Assembly: GCA_001244265.2 (NCBI GenBank)
Contig: LN717261.1
Location: forward strand, 1,379,591 to 1,443,590
Length of the DNA: 64,000 bases
Direction of reading: 5' to 3'
DNA from: Microbotryum violaceum
Taxonomy: Eukaryota
Position numbers and translations under genes: made by a program. The notes under the pieces were generated by a model. It was not told the DNA's origin and ran no database searches. It saw nothing but the letters and a program-made list of their open reading frames with translations. Below are positions 54,912-64,000 of the stretch, piece after piece. How positions within the stretch are numbered: position 1 is the stretch's first letter; each line of letters opens with the position of its first letter.

Positions 54912-56885
54912 TGTAGCGACTGCTCAAGCGGTGGTAAGGCTCTGATCAACGGACCAAGGAGACCAAACCAAGGAGTTGCTTGTTACACACCTGCTCAAGC
55001 ACTACAGTGAGTTATGATAGCTAGGAAGGTAAAGGAAGAAGGAAATGTAGTACTCACCTGCTCAAGCGGTGGTAAGGCTCTGATCGACGGACCAAGGAGA
55101 CCAGACCAAGAAATTGCTTGAGCAGGAGAGAGAGGAGCGCGGAGCCAGTTGGCTCGGGTTAGCGCGCGGCTGGGCCAGCCGCCTTTGTCAGGTGCACGGA
55201 CCTAGCCCAGGAAGGAAGAGAGCTAAGGTGTGGAAAGACAGGCCAAATGGGGGTAAAATAAGACCAAGAAAAGGAGACCTGATGCGAGAAGGAAACATAG
55301 GAGGCTGTCAATCTCACACACCCCCTACTTCGAGTATCAGGGAGCACAGACGCCAAGGCGACCGCGGTGCCGAGTAAAGAGGTCGCGAGACAATGCCTTG
55401 GTGAAGATATCCGCCGTCATCTCGCCAGTGTTGATGTATTGAACAATGATATCACCCAGGGACACCATATCCCGGACAAAGTTTTCGCGGAGGCAAATGT
55501 GCCGAGTCTGCGCATGGAAAACCGGGTTCTTGGTGAGGGCATTGGCGCCTTGATTGTCGCCATAGATGAGAACAGGCTTCGAAGACGGAAGGTCGAGCTC
55601 ATCAAAGAGCTGACGCAGAAAAATCGCTTCCTTACCAGCGTGCAACAGCGCAAGGTACTCGGCGTCACAAGTGGAATCCACAACGCGCGACTGAAGGCGG
55701 GAAGACCACGAGACGGCAGCACCTGCATAGACGAAGGTGTAGCCCATAGTCAACTTGGAAGAAAGGACGCACGCACCCCAGTTGCAATCGGATTAGCCCA
55801 AGAGCGGAGCCGGATCCCCACGAGCGTAGCGTAAGCCGTGGGAAAGAGTGCCAGCGAGGTAACGGAAGGCGTGCTTGACAGCTCCCCAAGCAGCAGCAGA
55901 CGGCGAGTGAGAGAAGCGGGCCAAGTAACCAACAGTGTAGGCCAGATCGGGCCGAGTACCAGTGGACGCGTACATGAGGGAGCCAATAGCCTGCAGGTAC
56001 CGAGTACCATCCGGGAACGGGGTGGGCTGGAGCTCGATTTCAAGGCGGAGATCAGACTACATGGGAGTCGCAACAGGATGAGCGTCGGACATACCAAATT
56101 GGGCAAGGACGTCCTTGAGGTATTGCTCCTGACTCAGGGAGATGGAGCCGTCTGGGGAACACCGGATCTGGATGCCAAGGATGTATTCCGCCTCACCAAG
56201 CCGTTTGACACCATAGCGCTGCTCAAGACCCTGAAGAGTACACTCAATCTCCGGGAGAGAAGGGCTGATCATGAGCAAGTCGTCGACATAGAGTGCAATG
56301 TAGTGGTGCACATTTCCCGTAGTCCTGACGTAGACGCAGTGGTCGGATTCGGTGGCAACATAGCCAAGTGCAGACAAGGCGGAATCGATCTCATCATTCC
56401 AAATGCGACCGGCCTGGCGCAAACCGTAGAGGGACCGGTGCAGCTGGAGGACCTTGCCCGGCATGTAGATACCGTCGGGCACACAAATGTACAGGGGTGT
56501 GTCGAGTTTGCCGTGAAGATAAGCTTTGTCGATGTCGGCCTGGTGGATGTTGTACCCATGAGCGGCAGTAAGGGCCAGGAGTGCACGGGTGCAAAGGTCT
56601 CATCAAAATCGATACCAGAGCGCTGGGAGTCACCACGGGCAACAAGGTGGCCCTTGTAGGACTTAACCTGGCCATGCTGGTCACGTTTGGTGCGAAAGAC
56701 AAAGCGGGAGCCCAGGACCTTGGAGTCTGCTGGGACAAGGGACTCGTCAATTGGTGTGAATGCTGAAAAATCCTGCAAGAGCGAGTCAAATTTGTCGCGG
56801 GCCGCAAGGCACCATCCATCCGCTTGAGGAGTGGCCATTGCTGCGCGCCAGTGAGGTGGGTCGCAAGCAGCCTGGGTCGAGTTCA
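54912..56885 (-). mobile_element. Ty1/copia family D, copy 1: 3' LTR 54912-55318 plus degenerate RT/RNase H; 5'-truncated
   Basis: [45 protein letters not shown]; purine-rich PPT; TG...CA LTR. Confidence 0.92.
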
Positions 56886-56975
56886 TTTCTTCGCGCGCGA
56901 CCGGTTTAGAGCGGTTTAGAGCGGTTTAGTCCGGTTTAGCGATGCGCGCGCTTCCACTAAACCGTATGAACCACA
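56886..56975. repeat. Short insert with four tandem CGGTTTAG units and one inverted copy; probable transposon end
   Basis: CGGTTTAGAG CGGTTTAGAG CGGTTTAGTC CGGTTTAG...CTAAACCG; ends CCACA (TGTGG on minus). Confidence 0.6.
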
Positions 56976-59165
56976 CGACTGCTCAAGCGGTGGTGAGTCT
57001 CTGATCAACGGACCAAGGAGACCAGACCAATGAAGTTGCTTGGGATTACACACCTGCTCAAGTGCTACAGTGAGGTACCATGACTATGGAAGAGAGAGAG
57101 GAACTAGGAAGTGTAGTGCTCACCTGCTCAAGCGGTGGTGAGTCTCTGATCAACGGACCAAGGAAACCAGACCAATGAAGTTGCTTGAGCAGGAGAGTGA
57201 GAAGCGCGGAGCCAGTTGGCTGGGGTAAGTGCGCAACCAAGTCCGTGCCCCAGTGTCAAGCGCACGGACCCAGCCTGGAGGTAAGGGGAGCTAGGCGGAG
57301 AGTGACTAGGTCCGTGCACTTGATGCAGGTGCACAGACCAAGCCCAGTGATGAGAGAGCAGGGTGAAGGACAGGCCAAAAATCACAGAGAGGACAAGACA
57401 GAAAGAGGGAGATGATGTGAGAAGGAAGTAAAGAGAGTTGTAACTCTCACACCCCCCCCTACTTCGAGCATCAGGGAGCACAGACACCAAGTCGGCCGCG
57501 GTGCCGAGCAAAGAGGTCGCGAGACAAGGCCTTGGTGAAGATATCCGCCGTCATCTCGCTGGTGGCAATGTATTGGACGACGATGTCGCCCATGGAGACC
57601 ATTTCCCGGACAAAGTGTTCGCGAAGCCGAATGTGTCGAGTGCGAGCATGGAAGACCGGGTTTTTGGTGAGAGCATTGGCACCCTGATTGTCGCCGTAGA
57701 TGAGGACGGGCTGTGAAGAAGGGAGACCAAGCTCACCAAAGAGTTGGCGTAGGAAAATGGCCTCCTTGCCGGCGTGGGACAGAGCGAGGTACTCGGCGTC
57801 GCAAGTGGAGTCGGCGACGCGTGACTGTAGACGGAGGACCAGGAGACGGCGGCACCTGCGTAGGTAAAGTTGTAGCCCATAGTCGATTTGGAGGAGAAGA
57901 GGCATGCACCCCAGTTGCAGTCCGAGTAGCCGACCAAGGGAGCCGGATCACCACGAGTGTAGCGTAAGCCGTGAGACAGGGTGCCGGCAACGTAGCGGAA
58001 GGCGTGCTTGATCGCACCCCAGGCAGCAGCAGACGGTGAACGAGAGAAGCGGGCCAGATATCCGACGGTGTAGGCGAGGTCGGGACGTGTACCGGTAGAA
58101 GCATACATAAGAGAGCCGATCGCTTGCAGGTACCGAGTTCGATCCGGGAATGGGGTGGGTTGGAGTTCGACTTCGAGCGGAAATCGGGCTGCATGGGTGT
58201 GGCGACAGAGTGAGCATCGGACATACCGAAGCGGGCAAGAACGTTCTTGAGGTACTGCTCCTGACTGAGGGTGATGGAGCCGTCGTTGGAGCGCCGAATT
58301 TGGATGCCGAGGATGTATTCTGCCTCACCAAGTCGTTTGACGCCGTAACGCTGCTCGAGACCGTGGAGGGTACGCTCGATCTCTGGGAGAGAAGGGCTGA
58401 TCATGAGCAAGTCGTCAACGTAGAGCGCAATATAGTGACGCTCATCACCGGCCGCCCGAACGTAAACGCAGTGGTCCGACTCCGTGGCGGTGTAGCCGAG
58501 AGCCGACAAGGCAGAGTCGATCTCGTCGTTCCAAATACGTCCAGCCTGGCGCAAGCCGTAGAGAGAGCGGTGCAGCTGGAGAACCTTGCCCGGCATGTAG
58601 ACTCCATCGGGTACGCGAATGTAGAGTGGCTTGTCCAATTACCGTGGAGGTAGGCCTTGTCAATGTCGGCCTGATGGATGTGGTAACCATGGACGGCTGC
58701 GAGGGCAAGGAGTGCGCGAATGGATGTGAACTTAGCGACGGGTGCGAAGGTCTCGTCAAAATCGATGCCCGAGCGCTGAGAGTCGCCACGGGCAACAGGT
58801 CGGCCTTTGTAAGACTTGACCTGGCCGTGCTGGTCGCGTTTCGTACGGAAGACGAATCGAGAGCCAAGAACCCTGGCATCTGCAGGCACGAGGGACTCAT
58901 CAATTGGTGTGAAAGCGGAGAAATCGCGGGAAAGTGAGTCGAATTCGGCCTGGGCAGCGAGACGCCACTCGTCAGCTTGAGGGGTTGCCATTGCAGCACG
59001 CCAGTGAGGGGGATCCCGGGCGGGCGCGATCAGTTCCGTCGAGTCCGTAGGCGCGGTGTTGAGCAAGGCGACGGCGCCGGGGGCAAGGTGGGCGACGGGT
59101 GGAGGCGAGTGGAGAGCGTCGTCCAGGTCGTCGGGGAATTCGGGTGCGAGACAGACGGAAGCGAT
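56976..59165 (-). mobile_element. Ty1/copia family D, copy 2: 3' LTR 56976-57451 plus RT/RNase H; interrupted by family E
   Basis: Closely similar to 54912-56885; ORFs 58401-59066, 57733-58638 (YVDD), 57551-58108 and 57471-57905. Confidence 0.92.
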
Positions 59166-62100
59166 TATAACGCGATCACCACGACTGTCAGGAGAGGTTG
59201 AGAGTCAAACAGAAGTGATGAGAAGGAAGCTAAGAAACAAAAAGGGGGGCCCGCGCTGGGATAGGCCCAGCCGCGGGTGAAATCGCTGGCGCGCTGAGGC
59301 AGTCGCGCGCGTCTAAGTCCTCACCGCAGGGGGGCGGGCTAGCGGGCTCGCGCAACGACCGAGGCGCCCCTGTCGAGCTGAGAGTGGACTCTTCACACCC
59401 CCCCCCACGCGAATGCGAGGCGCGGGTGTCGAGTGCGAAGACCGAGGGCGTAGCAGTCTGTCAAGAACACCTTAGGGCCGAGAGCCTTGGTGAAGATGTT
59501 GGCCACCATGTCGCTGGTTCCAACATGCGAGAGTGAGATGTCGCCCCGATTCACCATGTCCCGAACGAAGTGCTCGCGCAAGCGTATGTGTCGCGTGCCG
59601 GAGACACGGACAGGGTCGTGGGCGACTGCTGCAGCGGCTTCGTTGTCAGTAAAGATGTGAGCCGGTGCAACGGGTTGGACATGGAGCTCTTCGAGTAGCT
59701 GACTGAGGTAAATCCCTTCCTTGCCAGCATGCGAGAGGGCGAGATACTCAGCGTCGGTGGTGGAATCGGCAACTCGAGATTGACGTTTGGATGACCAGGA
59801 CACGGCGGAGCTGGCGATGTAGAAGACGTAGCCCATGGTGGACACCGATGTATTGACACAGGCCCCCCAATTCGCGTCGGAGTAGCCTACCACACCCGTG
59901 ATACGTGTCTCGCCACGAGCATAGAGCAGTTCGTCGCGATACGTGGCTCGGAGATAGCGGAGGACGTGCTTGACCGCGATCCAATGACGACTGCCGGGGT
60001 TGTTGGCGAAGCGGGCCAGGTAGGAGACGGCGAAGGCGATGTCGGGGCGGGTGCCAAGTGAGATGTAGAGAAGCGAGCCGATAGCCTGCAGATACCATGA
60101 CTTGATCTGTTCGGTGCCTTGACCCGGGATGGCGGTGAGCGAAAGGCCGGGAGTCATTGGGACTGTAGTGCCGCGAGTCGTGGTGTCGAAATGGAACCGA
60201 GCGAGCACGTCCATGATGTACCGTTCCTGGGACAGGGCGATAGAATCGTCGTCGAGCCGCCTGATCTGAATGCCGAGGATGTATTCTGCCGGGCCAAGGC
60301 GCTTGACTCCGTAACGTCGTTCGAGGCCCGAGATGACACGTTCGATTTCGGCCAGGTCCGGGCTGATCATGAGGAGGTCGTCGACGTACAGCGCGATGTA
60401 GTGTGGGCGTTGACGCTCATCGAGCCGAGAGTATATGCAGTGATCGGTGCCCGTCGCCGTGTAACCGAGGTCGCGAAGCGAAGCGTCGATGTGTCGATTC
60501 CAGATTCGGCCGGCCTGTTTGAGCCCGTAGATTGAGCGTCGCAGCCGAAGCACCTTGTCGCTGGGAAGGTCGAAGCCGCGCGGTGCCGTCATCCAGATGT
60601 CGTGATCGAGGTCGCCGTGAAGGTAGGCTTTGTCGATGTCCGCTTGGTGTACGTGCAGGCCATTGGCGGCCGCCAGCGCGAGGAGTGAGCGTATCGAGGA
60701 GAATCGGACGACCGGTGCGAAGGTTTTGTTGAAGTCAATGCCGTCCCGTTGCCGATTGCCCTGCGCTACCAGCCGTGCCTTGTGTCCAGTGATTTCGCCG
60801 AGTGCGTTCCGTTTCGTTTTCCAGACGAACTTGGACGTGACGATGGTCGCGCCCGTGGGTACCGTAGAGCGTTCCTTGATGGTGAAAACCTTGAAGTCGT
60901 CGCGCATGGAATTGAACTCGTCATCGGCGGCCCTGGCCCACACTTCACGCTTGTCGCTCGACATCGCCTCGCGCCAGGTCTGTGGGTCGCTTGTGATGGA
61001 CTTGACTGGCTGGATGGCCTCAGCGTCAGAGGTGTTGTCGTCGGTCGCGATGAAAGCGCGGTGGTGTCGGGTGAGGAAATCGATTTCGTCCGGCGATTCG
61101 TCACCAGAGTGGCGCCCAATGAGGTCGAGTTCGTCGGGCGACTCCTCAGCCGATGCGGGCTCGCGGTACGTGCTGAAGTCGGGGCGGTGCACGTCCGGTG
61201 GGTCGAGGCGAACCTGGGGCTGTGAGCTGATGAGGTCGAGAGGATCGGCGGAGTATTCAGAGTCGGTTGGCAAGGCCGAGGGTGACGATGACGCAGGGAA
61301 CGACGGTGAGGGCGCAGGCGAGAGCGCAGGCGACGGCGACGAGGGCGGCTCAGGAGACGGTGACGAGGACGGCGCAGGCGACGGTGACGAGGACGATTCG
61401 ACATCTGTAGAATTAAGCAAGGTTCCGCCAGTGTACCCTGGGGTCACGTCAACGGCGCTCATGGCAGAATCATCAAGAGGGGATGAGACGTCCATGTGCG
61501 CCGCCCTTACTAGTGGGGTCCATGTCTTGACAGTGTCTTGAGGTTCGGCAATGGGAGCGCTGGCGAAGTGCGTGTCGGCGTCTTGCTCGGTGGAGTCGCC
61601 ATGTAAACCGGGGAATTCAATGTTGAGGAAGCTGGCATTTCTGCCCAAAATTATCTTCTTGGTCGTTGTGTCGTAGAAACGGAAGGCTTTAGAAGCCAGG
61701 TCGTAGCCGGTGAAGAGAACGCGAACCGCTTTGGGGTCGAGTTTCGAGCGAAGTTCGGGCGCGACCGTGAGCCAAGCTGTGCAGCCAAACGGGTGAAGCG
61801 CCAAGGCGTTGGCGCGCTCGCCCTGCCAGACGGAGTTCGGTGTTTCCTTGTCGAGGGCCAAATGTTGACACAGATTCTTGCAGTATACGAAATAAGCTGC
61901 GGCCTCCTCCCAGAATGTCTTGGGTAAGTGTGCGTCCGCAAGAAGCGCAAGCACGCCTTCGACGATGGAACGATTGACCCGCTCTGCACGACCGTTCTGT
62001 TGAGGTGTTCGAGGGATAGAGTATTGTCGGCGTGTGCCGCGTGCCTTGCAGAAATCCGTGAACGCTTTCGAACGGTATTCGCCACCGTTGTCGGTTCGGA

Positions 62101-62502
62101 GGACCTTCAGTGTTGCACCCGTCTCGAGTTCGACTTCGGCAAGCCAAGTCTTGAACACGCCGAACACTTCGCTTTTGTGTCCGATCGCGTAGGCCCAGAG
62201 TTTGCGGGAGTAATCGTCGAGGAACGTGACAAGGTACTGTTTGCCAGTCAAGGACCGCTCGGGGAGGGAAAGCACATCACTGTGCACAAGGCCGAGTCTC
62301 TCGGAGGAGTGCGAATCCGAATCGGGAAAAGGAAGACGATGGCCCTTGGCACTGAGGCAAGCATTGCAGACAAACTTCTCTACCTCTTCGTCACTATATC
62401 CGGCCCCGAGACCCTCCAGCAAACCAGTGGCAACCATCTTCTGTATGGACGACGGTGCGAGATGGCCGAGGCAGCGGTGGAGAGTCAGCAGGGGCACGGA
62501 AG
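59166..62502 (-). mobile_element. Ty1/copia family E: 3' LTR 59166-59397 and uninterrupted pol ORF (pre-integrase, integrase, RT, RNase H)
   Basis: 1034-aa open frame 59393-62497 with [37 protein letters not shown]-run PPT; stop codon overlaps the LTR start TGTGA. Confidence 0.96.
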
Positions 62503-64000
62503 TGTGAAGAGTCCACTCTCAGCTCGACAGGGGCGCCTCGGTCGTTGCGCGAGCCCGCTAGCCCGCCCCCTGCGGTGAGGACTTAGACGCGCGCGACTGC
62601 CTCAGCGCGCCAGCGATTTCACCCGCTGCTGGGCCTATCCCAGCGCGGGCCCCCCTTTTTGTTTCTTAGCTTCCTTCTCATCACTTCTGTTTGACTCTCA
62701 ACCTCTCCTGACAGTCGTGGTGATCGTCTTATAGGTACGCTGAAATAGATCACTTCTGTTTGACTCTCAACCTCTCCTGACAGTCATGGTGATCGTCTTA
62801 TAGGTTATTCGCCCATCGACCTACCGCTGGCATGGACACGTCGTTGCCCCTAACGACGGGTGCCCACCCAACAATCCCCGCCAAACAGCTCGCCGCACTT
62901 ACGTCGCTGCTGTCGGGTCTCACCACTGCCACATCCGCCACGTCGTCCGGCACCTCTCGCACCGCCTTTCCCAAGCACGCACGCTTGGATGGGCCCAAGA
63001 CGTTTGCGAGCTGGACACGCCAGCTTCGCCTCTGCCTCGCGGACGACATCCGCTCATACGTCCTTGACGGGATCGTGCCCGCCGACTGGACACCTTCGCA
63101 CCGCTCCGCCCGCGATGTCGTGGCACGTGAGCTCCTAGCGAACTCGATCGACTCAGCCGACGTCTCGGCAGTCCTCGACCAAATCCCTACCGCCGACCTC
63201 ACAGCGCCCAAAATCTACTCGACGCTGAAATCGCGGTATGCTCCGGATGACGCCACTCGCACGCTCGAGCTCTTCTCACGACTATGGAGTTTCTGGCCCA
63301 TGCCCGGCACCGTTTGCGAATTCGACGGTTGGATCATGGAGTTCAAAGCCATTGCGCAAGAAATCATTGCTACAAAGACGACTATCAACAATGTTCTCGC
63401 CACACTCCTCCTCGCCATTGCACACCCGTCCCTTGAGAGCTTCAAGGCGTCGTTCACCGATGAACAGCGCACCCAAAGATCTCTCCCTGCCATCGATTCG
63501 CTTGCCGATCGCATGCGTGTCCAACTTTGGTCCACCAACGTCCCCAGCACTCAATCAGCCCTCCTTGCCTCGTCGTCACGTTCTACCCGTCCCACATGTC
63601 TTGCCTGTCGCAGCCCTTCGCACCGTGTGGCGGAGTGCCCTGTGAGAGCGAAACACCCGCCGCCAGGCCCTTGTCGCTCCTGCAAGAAGAATCACTGGTC
63701 ATTCAACTGCAAGAAAGCTCTCGAGAACAGCAACAGGCCCGACACGGCCGACTCGACCGCCGACTCGCAACACCATGTCGGATGTCTCGCTACCGGCCTT
63801 CTTGCGCATCGTCGCCAGCTTCGCGCCAACTCCTTCGTCATTGACTCGGGCGCCACTTCGCACATGGTCTCGGACAAGTCACTGTTCACAAACTATCGAC
63901 ACGTCGCCCCTACGAAGATTGGTGGTATTGCAGGGGGTATTAACGCCATCGGGACGGGAAACATTGCCTTTGTTGCCGCCACGGGTCATCCGATCACGCT
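62503..64000 (+). mobile_element. Second copia family E copy in opposite orientation: 5' LTR 62503-62802, PBS, gag-protease ORF from 62832 running off the window
   Basis: LTR near-identical to the reverse complement of 59166-59397; GGTTATTCGCCC after the LTR; two CCHC-type knuckles ([27 protein letters not shown]) and [11 protein letters not shown]. Confidence 0.95.

Noticed and set aside
56900-56940. Telomeric repeat (TTAGGG-like)
   Set aside because: The unit is a 10-bp CGGTTTAGAG, only four copies, with an inverted partner.
60630-61541. Long antisense ORFs over TE pol genes (also 16182-17222, 55838-56659)
   Set aside because: Shadow ORFs expected from GC-rich codon usage; no motifs.

Overview
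Intron-rich fungal (basidiomycete, probably Pucciniomycotina/Microbotryum-like; inference) genomic DNA. Two small islands of housekeeping genes in divergent pairs (TMEM223-like/PAP2 phosphatase, CCT2/UCH at 4.6-11.4 kb; VPS60/ARP10-like, CGI121/disordered PIP-box protein at 32.2-39.8 kb) sit among nested, mostly mutated transposons. These include at least five Ty1/copia families, a full-length chromoviral Ty3/gypsy element, a Helitron remnant, a CACTA-like fragment and two Ulp1-protease-carrying DNA-transposon relics, with CpG/TpCpG-biased C-to-T decay. The most striking observation: in three unrelated copia families the 3' part of the LTR is a GT...AG intron-like unit whose 3' portion is a tandem copy of the preceding LTR sequence. 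The unit is precisely present or absent among sister LTRs, and its two repeat copies co-evolve within each subfamily. This suggests an intron that is spliced from the RNA yet regenerated during strand transfer. Other candidates are a tRNA-like Pol III unit inside a short TG...CA element, an H/ACA snoRNA candidate in a long CCT2 intron, and a gypsy element with a T11 tract in place of a tRNA primer-binding site.
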